From assembly GCA_965223425.1 (NCBI GenBank), contig OZ245003.1:2112001-2176000 (forward strand): a stretch of 64,000 bases of DNA, given 5' to 3'. Source of the DNA: Nitrosopumilus sp. Its GTDB lineage: Archaea > Thermoproteota > Nitrososphaeria > Nitrososphaerales > Nitrosopumilaceae. Below are positions 9,250 to 19,222 of this stretch, piece after piece (position 1 is the first letter of the stretch; each line of letters begins with the position of its first letter). A program made the translations under genes and the position numbers. The notes under the pieces are model-generated. The model had not been told where the DNA came from. It saw nothing but the letters and a program-made list of their open reading frames with translations, and made no database searches.

Positions 9250-9873
9250 ATGAAGAAAATTTTTTTGATGTTTTTTCTATTTTTTATGATCACTATTCCA
9301 ATGACAAGTGTTTTTGGTCATGATGGAATTCCCGGCATGGACAGGGCTCCGCCAATTGGTTTTGAGAACAAAAACGTTACAGTGGAAATCAGAATGAGTC
9401 CAGCAGATATGACAGAAGGGGATTTCTCAAATGCGTTTATGAGTATCGCTTTCCTGGATGATGATACTGAGACGCTGATCCCACAGACAACATACAAGGT
9501 GGATATCTTCAAGAAGGACAAACTGCTTGCAAGAAACATGTTTTATGCAGAAGATGGCAAAGTCACAATTGACATTAGGCCAAATGATGACTGTAGCATC
9601 AGAGAAGAAAAGCCTTGGAAATGTACAGAGTATTATGGAACAGAGCATCCAATAGCAGTAGGAGCATTATACACACTTGGCAAGAACAATCCAGTAATTG
9701 GAGGCCCGATATTTACTGGAGGTGGACTGTATCACATGGATGTAGAGGTCATCAGTGCAGGCAGCGTAAGATCCAACCTGTCAGAGCCGTTGGAATTTGA
9801 TCTTTATGTCACCATTGTACAAGAACAAGTGTTTTACATCACCGTTCCAGACAATTTGTTGATTCAAGATTAG
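9250..9873 (+). CDS. Secreted hypothetical protein resembling the N-terminal domain of thaumarchaeal PEFG-CTERM proteins
   Basis: Signal peptide ending VFGH; DRAPPIGF and GPIFTGGGLYH motifs recalled from that family. Confidence 0.6.
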   Translation: MKKIFLMFFLFFMITIPMTSVFGHDGIPGMDRAPPIGFENKNVTVEIRMSPADMTEGDFSNAFMSIAFLDDDTETLIPQTTYKVDIFKKDKLLARNMFYAEDGKVTIDIRPNDDCSIREEKPWKCTEYYGTEHPIAVGALYTLGKNNPVIGGPIFTGGGLYHMDVEVISAGSVRSNLSEPLEFDLYVTIVQEQVFYITVPDNLLIQD

Positions 9874-10204
9874 AGTCGTCTGAAGAGATGACAGAATGGT
9901 TTTTTCCAATATGCGAGAAGGTGTTCATGAGGACAAAGCAGGTTTAACTCTCTTTTAGGCCGTGTAAGAAACCCGGATGCCACGGTTTTGTAAAGCAAGT
10001 TTGCAAAAACTTGTGGTTAGGGCATTCTCTAATGTTTGACTTGTTGGAAGCTCTGCTTCTTGATCAAGTGGAAAGATTGTCCACTCAAAGAAGCATTTCA
10101 GGGTCCATGCAACACAAAATCAGGGTGACACCCAACAGCCTCAGAACAACCAAAGACACAACATAACCCGAATCAACATGGGATAAATAGAACAAAAATT
10201 TAAG

Positions 10205-11044
10205 ATGGACATGGAAAAAGCCGTAGCTCTTGTCACAGGCAGTTCATCAGGCATTGGATTGGCAACTGCGTTGGCACTTGCAAGGAACGGATATCACACT
10301 TTTGCAAGCATGAGGAATACCAAAAAATCAGAGGAGTTAGAGCGCGCGGCGAAAAAAGAGAATCTTCCAATTGATGTAATAGAACTAGACGTAGACAAAG
10401 AAGAATCAATTGTTTCTGCCATCAAAAAAATAGTTTCTGATGGCAGAAGATTAGATGTTCTAGTAAATAATGCAGGATATGGACAGTTTGGTTGTACTGA
10501 AGATATATCAGTTGATGATTTTAGAAAACAGTTTGAAACTAATTTCTTTAGCATTGTAAGAATTATTCAAGAAGTTGCACCAATTATGAGAAATCAGAAT
10601 TCAGGAATTATTGTAAACATTAGTTCTGTTGTCGGTAGAATGGGATTACCCGGTTCTCCAGCTTATATTAGCACAAAATTTGCACTGGAAGGACTGAGTG
10701 AGTGTTTGAGGTATGAGCTTGGTCAGTTTGGAATTAAAACCACGTTAATTGAACCAGGAGTTATCAAAACAAACTTTTTCAACTCAATGAGGGTGCCAGA
10801 ATCAAAAACAGATCCCAAATACAAGGCACTGACTGATAACATCCTTGCAGGTTTGAAAATGATGGTAGAAATGGGAACTGCGCCATCTCAAGTTGCAGAT
10901 ATCGTCATCAAGGCAATTAATGATGGTGAGATTTTGCCAAGATATACTGTAGGAACTGATGCGGCCATGTTTATGGAAGCAAAAAAGACGAAAACAGACA
11001 TGGAATTTGAGAAATATATGAGCAAAGAATTGTTCCCTAGCTGA
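10205..11044 (+). CDS. Short-chain dehydrogenase/reductase
   Basis: TGSSSGIG, NNAG and YISTK motifs. Confidence 0.92.
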   Translation: MDMEKAVALVTGSSSGIGLATALALARNGYHTFASMRNTKKSEELERAAKKENLPIDVIELDVDKEESIVSAIKKIVSDGRRLDVLVNNAGYGQFGCTEDISVDDFRKQFETNFFSIVRIIQEVAPIMRNQNSGIIVNISSVVGRMGLPGSPAYISTKFALEGLSECLRYELGQFGIKTTLIEPGVIKTNFFNSMRVPESKTDPKYKALTDNILAGLKMMVEMGTAPSQVADIVIKAINDGEILPRYTVGTDAAMFMEAKKTKTDMEFEKYMSKELFPS

Positions 11045-11119
11045 CATCGTACTTGTACGTTAAATTGATATACACATAGAATCCAGTTTTTGTCAGTCTG
11101 CAATTTTAAAGTGAAAAAA

Positions 11120-12796
11120 ATGACGAAATGGAGAACTCTACAACACAATGGAATCTTGTTTCCACCTCCATATGAAACTCGAGGAATCAACATAAAGATC
11201 AAAGGAGAAAGTGTCAGTCTTGATCTAAGCCAGGAAGAGATGGCATACCAATGGGCAAAAAAGAAAGACACCCCATATGCTCAGGACAAGGTTTTTCAAA
11301 AAAACTTTACAGCAGATTTTGCTAAAACTCTGGATTCAAAATTTAAAAAAATTTCATATGAAGACATTGATTTTTCAAGCGCTTACAAAACAGTTGACAA
11401 GGAAAAAGACCGCAAAGAGACGATGAGCAAAGAAGGGAAGAAAAAACAGGCAAAGGACAGGAAGAAACTACGAGAAGAACTCAAGAAAGATTATGGAATT
11501 GCCACCATGGATGGAAACAAAGTTGAAGTTGGAAACTACATGGCAGAACCGCCAGGAATATTCATCGGAAGGGGCGAGCATCCACTTAGGGGAAGATGGA
11601 AGCCACGTGTTACTAAAAAAGACGTAACACTAAACCTTGGAAAGAAAGCCAAAGTGCCCAAAGGCAAATGGGGCAAAATTATCCATGACAAAGACTCGAT
11701 GTGGCTGGCCAGTTGGATGGATTTTCTCACTCAGAAAAGAAAGTATGTCTGGCTAGCAGATACTGCGGGACTAAAGCAGGACATGGACAAGGCAAAATAC
11801 GAAAAAGCAGTAAAGCTTGCAAATGAAATTGAGAAGATAAAGGATAGAATTGCAAAGGACATGAAAAATCAAAAGAAAAGCAAGATTGCTACTGCATGTT
11901 ATTTGATTTATAGAACTGCAATGAGGGTAGGAGACGAAAAAGATCCAGACGAAGCAGACACAGTAGGTGCAACAACCCTAAGAAAAGAGCATATCAAAAT
12001 TACTCCCAATGCAATAGAGTTTGATTTTCTTGGCAAAGACAGTGTAAGATGGCAAGAAACAGTAAAAGCTGAAGGTCATGACAAACAATTTCACGAAAAC
12101 CTCAAAAGACTAATTGAGAAGAAAAAACCAAAAGACGACATATTTGACGGCATTACATCAAAACATGTCAATGCATATTATTCTGAAATTGTAAAAGGAC
12201 TGACTGCAAAGGTATTCAGAACATACCTGGCAACAACAGTAGTCAAAGACTATCTTGCAGAGCATGATGACATGAAAGAAAAAACAGCAAATGAGAAACT
12301 GCATCATGCAAAATTGGCAAACCTGAAAGCTGCCAAAATATGCAATCATAAAAGAACCATTCCAAAGACGTTTGAGCAGTCATTAGAAAAGAAACGGGAC
12401 ACCCTCAAAAAAGTGGAAAAAGACCGGCCTTCAAAGAAATCCCAAAAGACTCTCAAAAAAGTGAAATCATCTGTGCCAAAAACTGACACTCAAAAGAAGA
12501 AAAAAGACAAGAGAATCAAAAAACTAAATGAGCAGATTAAAAGACAAAAATCAAAACACAGAGAAAGAGTAGAAAAATTAAAGTTACAAATCGAGTTATC
12601 TGAAAAAACCAGAGATTACAACCTTGGAACATCCTTGAGAAACTACATAGATCCCCGTGTTGTCAAGGCATGGACTGACGAGGTAGGTGCAGAATGGGAG
12701 AGACTGTATACTGCTGCACTACAAAAGAAGTTCCTTTGGGTCAAGAACGAAAATGCCGCATGGAAAAATATCAAACAGTCATCCAAAGCGTTTTAG
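11120..12796 (+). CDS. DNA topoisomerase IB (eukaryote-like, thaumarchaeal)
   Basis: KWRTLQHNG, RGEHPLRG, MRVGDEK, AKVFRTY, CNH and GTSLRNYIDPR (catalytic Tyr). Confidence 0.95.
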   Translation: MTKWRTLQHNGILFPPPYETRGINIKIKGESVSLDLSQEEMAYQWAKKKDTPYAQDKVFQKNFTADFAKTLDSKFKKISYEDIDFSSAYKTVDKEKDRKETMSKEGKKKQAKDRKKLREELKKDYGIATMDGNKVEVGNYMAEPPGIFIGRGEHPLRGRWKPRVTKKDVTLNLGKKAKVPKGKWGKIIHDKDSMWLASWMDFLTQKRKYVWLADTAGLKQDMDKAKYEKAVKLANEIEKIKDRIAKDMKNQKKSKIATACYLIYRTAMRVGDEKDPDEADTVGATTLRKEHIKITPNAIEFDFLGKDSVRWQETVKAEGHDKQFHENLKRLIEKKKPKDDIFDGITSKHVNAYYSEIVKGLTAKVFRTYLATTVVKDYLAEHDDMKEKTANEKLHHAKLANLKAAKICNHKRTIPKTFEQSLEKKRDTLKKVEKDRPSKKSQKTLKKVKSSVPKTDTQKKKKDKRIKKLNEQIKRQKSKHRERVEKLKLQIELSEKTRDYNLGTSLRNYIDPRVVKAWTDEVGAEWERLYTAALQKKFLWVKNENAAWKNIKQSSKAF

Positions 12797-12833
12797 AATC
12801 ATTTAATTTCCCAAATTTTTCAGTCATATACAT

Positions 12834-12948
12834 GCCGGGGTAGCTCAGCCTGGTTAGAGTGCCAGTTCGCTTGGTAAACTCTAGCGGTTCTCCAACTAAG
12901 GCAATACTCATAATCTGGAGGTCGCGAGTTCGAAACTCGCCCCCGGCA
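12834..12948 (+). tRNA. tRNA-Met(CAT), elongator, with a 40-nt intron (12866-12905) in the anticodon stem
   Basis: GCCGGGG/CCCCGGC acceptor stem, T loop TTCGAAA. Removing 12866-12905 restores CCAGA-CTCATAA-TCTGG. Confidence 0.9.
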
Positions 12949-12992
12949 CACATTTAGATATTAAATTAGACCCATGAAGAGGTGAGTGAGCA

Positions 12993-13091
12993 TTGGATGA
13001 CTACATAGGGCAAGCAGTAATGATCGTACTGATTGTGTCAGCAGTTGGAATTTTTGTAGGATCTAGGCTTTGGATGGTTTTTAGAAAATAA
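12993..13091 (+). CDS. Small single-pass membrane protein (32 aa), not in ORF track
   Basis: TTG start after SD-like GAGGTGA; MDDYIGQAVMIVLIVSAVGIFVGSRLWMVFRK. Confidence 0.55.
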   Translation: MDDYIGQAVMIVLIVSAVGIFVGSRLWMVFRK

Positions 13092-13115
13092 AGAAGAAGA
13101 AATTATAAAATCAAA

Positions 13116-13538
13116 TCATTTGACAGTCAATACAGGAACCCTTGTTTTGTGCATGACGTAGTTTGATGCGCTTCCAAGAAATGCTTCTTTTGCTCCACCC
13201 ATACCTCTTGCACCGATTGTAACCATGTCAAATTTTCCTTTTTGCGCATAGTTGACAATCTCAGAACCGGTTTTGCCACCTCCAGTTTTGTATTTGAATA
13301 GCACATCGGCCTTTTGTGCACGTTTCATTGCAGGGCCAATTGCTGTGACAGCTTTTCTTTGTGCGGCATCTTTCATTTTTTGTGTGTATTTTATTCCTGC
13401 AGTTATAGGTAATTGAAATACATAAAATCCAGTAATTTCAGCACCAGTACCTTTTGCAATTTCAATTGCTCTATCCAATCCCCTAATTGAGTTTGGTGAA
13501 CCATCAAGAGGAACAAGAATTTTTTGTAATTTTGCCAT
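13116..13538 (-). CDS. Universal stress protein (UspA family)
   Basis: KILVPLDGS at the N-terminus; GARGMGG...LGSASNYVMHKTRVPVL at the C-terminus. Confidence 0.92.
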   Translation of the reverse strand: MAKLQKILVPLDGSPNSIRGLDRAIEIAKGTGAEITGFYVFQLPITAGIKYTQKMKDAAQRKAVTAIGPAMKRAQKADVLFKYKTGGGKTGSEIVNYAQKGKFDMVTIGARGMGGAKEAFLGSASNYVMHKTRVPVLTVK

Positions 13539-13805
13539 AAAGGCCTGCAACAGCAATTCAATATAAAAAACAATGATGATTTTCAAATTTGGTTTTTGGG
13601 TGTTTCCCTAAATCAAACCAAACCAAATCAAATCACGAAAGATTACCGTAAGCCCACCACTTGGAACCAGTCACGGCTTCAAGAAAACCCAAATGCTTCA
13701 GGTTTTGCCGCTTGTCATGTATTTGTAAACAAATGCCTACTTCAGTAGGTCATGAAATGATTTTGGATGTAACATAAGTAGCTCAACACCGCAATAGAGT
13801 TCAGA

Positions 13806-14462
13806 TTGGTACAAACTCACTTTGTCGAAGTGGCAAGCTTTTTAGATTTTGCGCGATTTGTATGCGCATTTAGAGAATATCCTCTGAGGGTTTATGCTCA
13901 TAAGATGCGTGGAAAAATGGTGTTATCTAGCAGCATGGTGTTGCCAAGCTCAATTCTTGCATTTTACACAGACTACAAAAATGGCAGATATATCGAATAC
14001 AGCCCAAAAGGAGGCAAGGAAGCCGCAAGAGCCGTCAGTTCCATGCAAGCAACATCAAACTATGCACCAATAATTCATTTAGAATCCATGCCATTTCCAA
14101 TCAGATCTTACAAAAAAATATCTGACAGTTTCAAAACTTCCAAAGTACTTGATCTTGGAGGCCTTGCCAGATTGACATATGATCCTGAATGGCCAGATGA
14201 GCCAAAGGTAACCCTGTTGTGTTTCCCGCGAAGGAAAAAATGGATTGTAGGATACATGTCCATGATCGAATTCGATGAACTTGTTTATTGTTTTTATTAT
14301 GTAGAACTAGATGAGGAACCTAACAAGCCTTTCTTGAAATATTCAGGACATAAAGGAAGTCCGCCACAGTTTACAGATGTGTTTCAACATGGTTTTCCAT
14401 ATCTTCCCGTTGTCAAACTAAAGAAAGGACACCCCATCTTCGGCTTTAAAGAAGCAAAATAA
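13806..14462 (+). CDS. Hypothetical protein
   Basis: 218-aa ORF with host-like composition; no recognised motif. Confidence 0.7.
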   Translation: MVQTHFVEVASFLDFARFVCAFREYPLRVYAHKMRGKMVLSSSMVLPSSILAFYTDYKNGRYIEYSPKGGKEAARAVSSMQATSNYAPIIHLESMPFPIRSYKKISDSFKTSKVLDLGGLARLTYDPEWPDEPKVTLLCFPRRKKWIVGYMSMIEFDELVYCFYYVELDEEPNKPFLKYSGHKGSPPQFTDVFQHGFPYLPVVKLKKGHPIFGFKEAK

Positions 14463-14630
14463 AATTATAAAGTATGTTTTCAACATTTATTACAATGTAT
14501 GCTGCATTACAACTAGGAAATTTATTTTTTGGAAGATTACAGGAATTTTTTGTTTGTAAAGTTTAGTTTTTGTTATAAAATTACCTAAAACAAGTTGTTT
14601 TTATTTTAAAAACGCCGCCAATAGCTAGTA

Positions 14631-15551
14631 GTGATAGTAAATTATTCTAATGATTACGATGTCAAGTGTCAACTAGATGCTTGCAAAACCTATCCTGCAA
14701 TAACTGATTCTGAGAGAGGAGAAATTGTTTGTGGGGGATGCGGTCTTATCTTATTGCAAAATATGGCTGATTCATCATATGAAAGCAGTGGCTACACACA
14801 AGAGGATTTTATGAAATTGGCAAGAACAGGTCCTGCCACATCATTGACAATGTATGACAAGGGACTGTCAACTGTAATTGGTACCAATAAAGATTCTACT
14901 GGAAAAGCATTATCTGGCAAAACAAAATATGAATTCAACAGACTGCGAACATGGGATCAGAGAAGCAAATCAAGAAATACTGCTTCTTTTAGCAAGGCCT
15001 TTACGTTACTTCATGGGATGAGAACAAAATTAGCCATTCCAGAAAATGTTGTAGAAAACACTGCCTATATTTACAGAAAAATAGCGAGTGCAAAACTAAC
15101 CAGGGGAAGAACGATGGCCTCATTGATTGCAGCCTCGTTATACATAGCATGTAGGCAAAGCAGCATTCCAAGAACATTGGATGACATTGCAAAGGCTGGA
15201 AATATCGAACGGAGAACACTTTCAAAGGATTTGAGAACCATAATCAAAAAGCTAGAATTGAATCTTAATCAGTATGATACTACATCATTTATCTCAAAAA
15301 TTTCAAACAACATGAGCCTAAAAGAAAAGACCAAACGAGATGCATTTGACATACTAAAGCGCTGTGAGAAAGAGCAAATCACTGCCGGAAAACACCCTGT
15401 GGCACAAGCTGCAGCTTCATTGTATATTGCATGCATAATGAATGGTGAGAAGATCAGTCAAAAGAAATTTTCAGTAGTAGCTGGAGTAAGCGATGTTACA
15501 GTCAGAAACAGGGCACTCTTAATCAAAAAAACATTAAAGATAATGGAATAA
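14631..15551 (+). CDS. tfb: Transcription initiation factor IIB
   Basis: Zinc ribbon (C..C..RGEIVCGGCG), B-reader DKGLSTVIG, two cyclin repeats. Confidence 0.93.
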   Translation: MIVNYSNDYDVKCQLDACKTYPAITDSERGEIVCGGCGLILLQNMADSSYESSGYTQEDFMKLARTGPATSLTMYDKGLSTVIGTNKDSTGKALSGKTKYEFNRLRTWDQRSKSRNTASFSKAFTLLHGMRTKLAIPENVVENTAYIYRKIASAKLTRGRTMASLIAASLYIACRQSSIPRTLDDIAKAGNIERRTLSKDLRTIIKKLELNLNQYDTTSFISKISNNMSLKEKTKRDAFDILKRCEKEQITAGKHPVAQAAASLYIACIMNGEKISQKKFSVVAGVSDVTVRNRALLIKKTLKIME

Positions 15552-15933
15552 CATCTAGTCACTATAATTTCCATAGCAATTTATCTGTGAAGACATAAAG
15601 TTCATTGAACCTGCCAAACCATTCATTCATTTTGTTTATTGCTTCGTGTTGGATGATCCTTATCTAAAATATCTATTTCAGTAACATGGCTTTCTTTTGC
15701 TATTTTTACATCATAAGATTCTGTTTTAGCATATCAAATCAACTTTATAATTTAACGCAGTACGTGAATTGAGCTTCGATTCCATGATGGACAAGATGGT
15801 TTTTTGGTTTTTGAAGAAATTCTAAATCCTAAATTCTCAAGTTGGTACGTAATGTTAACTCGTTAAATGGTTTAGTGACCATACGCTTTTCACGATTTTT
15901 ATTTAACAAAATGTATGTATTTTATACCTAGGG

Positions 15934-16752
15934 TTACCTTCTCTTCAGATAACCTGCCAATATCTTGTCGGCCATGTCTCCAACATCCATATCTTTTCTT
16001 GCAGCCAGACTTTGCAGCTTTCTTGCATTTCCTTTGTTCAATGAGACTGTAACTTTTTGTTGCAGCAGTCCGGATTTTGCCTTTTTGAGCAACTTGGCGT
16101 GAGATGATTTTGGGGAGCGGTTCAAAGCCCTGAGATACTCTTTTCTTAGCTTCTGGTCCAGCGGAACTATTTTTTCTGCAGTCCTTACTGCCTTTGAAAC
16201 GTTTGGAACTGCCCGATACAACTTTACACAGTCATCGCGGGACAGCTCCCTTGGAACAAACTGTCTTAGTCTGTCCGGCACCGCTGCAAACCCCAGATAT
16301 TTCTTTAGAGTTTGGGATGACATTCCAAGGGAACGAGCGGCCTTTGCCTTTCCAACTGACTGGGTTAAAAACACGCATGCTGCAGTCGTGTCCCTTGTGT
16401 TCATCTTGTTGCGGTGAAGATTCTCTACAACAGACGCTGCCTTTGCGTCCTTCAGGTCATACCTTGTAGTGTTAGCAAGCAACAGCGCCGGAATCTTCTT
16501 TGCGCCCAATCTTTTGAGCGCTGCCAATCTCCGCTGTCCTGACATCAGCAGATACTCGTTTTTGCCGTTCTTTTGAACCATAGGCGGATTCTGCAGTCCC
16601 TCGTTTTTGATGGATTTTGCAAGCTCTGCGACCCCATCCCTGTCGAGTTTTCTAGCTTGTGCGTCCTTCCAAACCTTGATGTGTTTTACTGGAATTTCTC
16701 TTAATCGATATTTTATTGGGGAGTTGTATCTTTTGGCCGTGATTATATCCAT
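15934..16752 (-). CDS. ParB/Spo0J-like protein, copy 1 (CTPase fold, HTH, C-terminal RHH-like segment)
   Basis: ELAKSIKNEGLQNPPMV, SGQRRL and VENLHR motifs. Confidence 0.85.
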   Translation of the reverse strand: MDIITAKRYNSPIKYRLREIPVKHIKVWKDAQARKLDRDGVAELAKSIKNEGLQNPPMVQKNGKNEYLLMSGQRRLAALKRLGAKKIPALLLANTTRYDLKDAKAASVVENLHRNKMNTRDTTAACVFLTQSVGKAKAARSLGMSSQTLKKYLGFAAVPDRLRQFVPRELSRDDCVKLYRAVPNVSKAVRTAEKIVPLDQKLRKEYLRALNRSPKSSHAKLLKKAKSGLLQQKVTVSLNKGNARKLQSLAARKDMDVGDMADKILAGYLKRR

Positions 16753-17002
16753 GGCTGACTTTTGTTAAAAGAAGTAGTGATCAGTAATTGACAAAAAATG
16801 AAAAAAATATTAGCGGATTTTGCATTCGGCAGGTATGCCGGTAGTCAGTCCATGGCAACTGGCAGTTAGACGCAGGAATGTTGGGGGGGATGTCGGCAGA
16901 TTAAAGTTCACTATCAAATGCATCAAAAATCAAAAACCGCTGTACAACACTGACAAATCATGCCTGGCACGGAGATGCCTGGAACTTGAAACAAAACTAG
17001 AG
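15939..17002. repeat. 1064-bp direct repeat, copy 1 (copy 2 at 25293-26356)
   Basis: Constant offset of 9354 at both ends; no differences seen by eye; encoded proteins identical except for the last residues. Confidence 0.95.
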
Positions 17003-17025
17003 AGGTTTACGGTGTAAAAATGGCG

Positions 17026-17262
17026 TTACAGGCCATACTTGAATGGCCTGGCCAGCCTGTACCGGCCGTCATTGGACCTTACAAAGTAGACCGGCTTTTT
17101 CTGCGGGTTGCCCCTTCTGTATCTGGAAGGGTACCTTGATGCGGCCCTTGCAGAAATACGGCACGCCTTGACCAAGTCATTTGGGTAAAACGGCTCTTTG
17201 AGTCTCTTTGATTTTACTGCCCTGACTATCTTGGAATATGTTGGGTGTGGGTTTTTTCTCAT
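17026..17262 (-). CDS. Small basic hypothetical protein (78 aa, possible winged helix), copy 1
   Basis: Near-identical paralog at 26641-26877 with the frame conserved. Confidence 0.75.
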   Translation of the reverse strand: MRKNPHPTYSKIVRAVKSKRLKEPFYPNDLVKACRISARAASRYPSRYRRGNPQKKPVYFVRSNDGRYRLARPFKYGL

Positions 17263-18007
17263 GTCAGAGGTGGTGGTTTCTGCCTATTTCTTAGTTTTGG
17301 TCTGAATCTTTTCTCTCTATTGTATGGAAATTAGTTCCACTTAAGATAAAGCGTACAATGAAAGCACATGAGAACACCGTCAATACCAATCCAGCCGCGC
17401 TGTACCAACTTTTCAAGTTTCCGGCATTACACAGACTGATGCGCTCTTACCAGGCCCTGAGCATGGTGACGAGACTTTGTCATTGCATTGACTGCTCTCA
17501 AACATTCCAATGATTCTGTCATGTGCAGAGTCCATATTGCCATAATGGCCCAAAAGGGCACCTTCAACCACGAGTGGGCTTGTACACACAAATGTATCAA
17601 GACTGTCGGGGATCAATAAGGTTACCGTAGCAGTCAAAGGAGTATGGCAGAGACGGTAGTGCATGGCAACAGGCCAAAGTCAGCATGGCATCAGATGTAG
17701 GTAAGCAGCAAATTCAACTGAAATATGGCCATCTCCTGGCTCTAGTCTAAAAACAAAGGTTCGGGAGGCAGATGTCTGATTGTAAGCAACGATTCGATTT
17801 GTGTCATCAGAATGATAGTCATCCAAAATAGAAAAACGATCCCTATTGTGTTGGGGTATAGGCGGGGATGCAATGGGTGTAATTTCTATCTTTATTCACA
17901 AAAGAGATAATGTTAGAAAACAAGATAGTCCTAGCAACAAATCAGCAGTTGTGAACTAGTAATTTCTTTGATGCAAAAAAGGAAGATAATGTTAAATGTA
18001 GTATTTC

Positions 18008-19219
18008 TTGATTTTATGCAAATTGGGAGAATTTGGAGAATTTGCCGAAGCACTATTTGGCCAATTATCAGTTGAAACTAGTGAAGAAAAAGAGATTGCA
18101 GAGTTGGCAATCAAAGCCAAAGATGGGCTTGGAGACAAGGTTCATTTCAAAGAGTTAGAAGACATTGCCAAAGAGATTTTTCCAATTTACAAAGACAAGG
18201 TAGAAGAATTTCTGGGTGTCAAGGTTCCTGACAACCTAGAGTTAAGATTTCCAGAGTTAGGAGATTTGAAAAAAATGAAGGGGGACAAAGTATTTGCAGA
18301 CGGCGAGGCAAAACAGTTCGTAACAGAATTATTTGATGCAGTAGCAAAAGAAGATCCAAAAAAGATTGCAGATCTGATGCAAGAAGACACTGCAAAATAT
18401 TTGGTATATTCAACATATGCAATTCAATACATATCTAAAATTACAACAACATATGGGGATTACCTCGGCTCTGTGATATACCTGAACAAATTCATTTTAT
18501 CAAGATACCCACAGATAATTTTACACAAACAGGGAGAACCGTACGAGTCAAGATTTGAAAATGTGAATTCTGGATATTTGGGAGCCGTAAAGATGACAGT
18601 GCTAGAAGAATTAATTCATTCAGCACAAGAAAATCTGCAGCAAATAAACAAAAATGCCGCAATGCAAGTAAATAAAATCAACGAAGAATTGGCAAATGTT
18701 ATTTTGTCACTTGACACTGAGACTATTGGCAAACTTGCAGAATATTGTCAGCTGCAGGCAGTGCCAGACGATTTCCCATTTGCAAAAAAGGCAAATCTGT
18801 TTTTCTTTTTGAATCCAGATCATTTCTTAATTGAGCAGATAGGGCCAGATGTTATGACATTTACACATGTAGAAATAGATCCTAAGATAGGCGAATCAGT
18901 TCCCCAACTTTTAGACATTTACAAGAGGTGGCTTGTCCCAATTCAGCAACACCATGCAGCATTTACTGCAATGGAAGGAATGGCAGGCTTTGCAATTGAA
19001 AATATCTTAAAAGATGATCAAGATTTTCAGAATTATCTTACTACATTTATGGGCACAGATTTCTCTTCGTATCAGGTCAGAAAAAGCATGGGAAAAGACT
19101 TTACCAAAACCGTGTATGAAAAACTAGGCAGGAATACCTTCAAAAAGATGATCGAAGTTCCGCCAAACACCAGAGAGCTCAAGGATCCACAATTATATCT
19201 CAAAAAAATGAGCCAGTAA
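18008..19219 (+). CDS. Hypothetical protein with zincin-like motifs
   Basis: LEELIHSAQ (degenerate HExxH) and FTAMEGMAGF resemble DUF2342-type zincins. Confidence 0.6.
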   Translation: MILCKLGEFGEFAEALFGQLSVETSEEKEIAELAIKAKDGLGDKVHFKELEDIAKEIFPIYKDKVEEFLGVKVPDNLELRFPELGDLKKMKGDKVFADGEAKQFVTELFDAVAKEDPKKIADLMQEDTAKYLVYSTYAIQYISKITTTYGDYLGSVIYLNKFILSRYPQIILHKQGEPYESRFENVNSGYLGAVKMTVLEELIHSAQENLQQINKNAAMQVNKINEELANVILSLDTETIGKLAEYCQLQAVPDDFPFAKKANLFFFLNPDHFLIEQIGPDVMTFTHVEIDPKIGESVPQLLDIYKRWLVPIQQHHAAFTAMEGMAGFAIENILKDDQDFQNYLTTFMGTDFSSYQVRKSMGKDFTKTVYEKLGRNTFKKMIEVPPNTRELKDPQLYLKKMSQ

Positions 19220-19222
19220 TAA

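Noticed and set aside
9080-10200. IS-end-like fragments around the 9250 gene and a ~22-nt similarity between 9878 and 4594
   Set aside because: No matching inverted partner or transposase frame found; the similarity is short enough to be chance.
11120-12796. Eukaryote-like topoisomerase IB as a novelty
   Set aside because: Already an established feature of Thaumarchaeota.
15556-15740. Possible small minus-strand pseudogene
   Set aside because: Two short broken frames with no recognisable family.
17413-17900. 83-aa ORF and surrounding DNA
   Set aside because: No motif recognised; looks like decayed accessory sequence.
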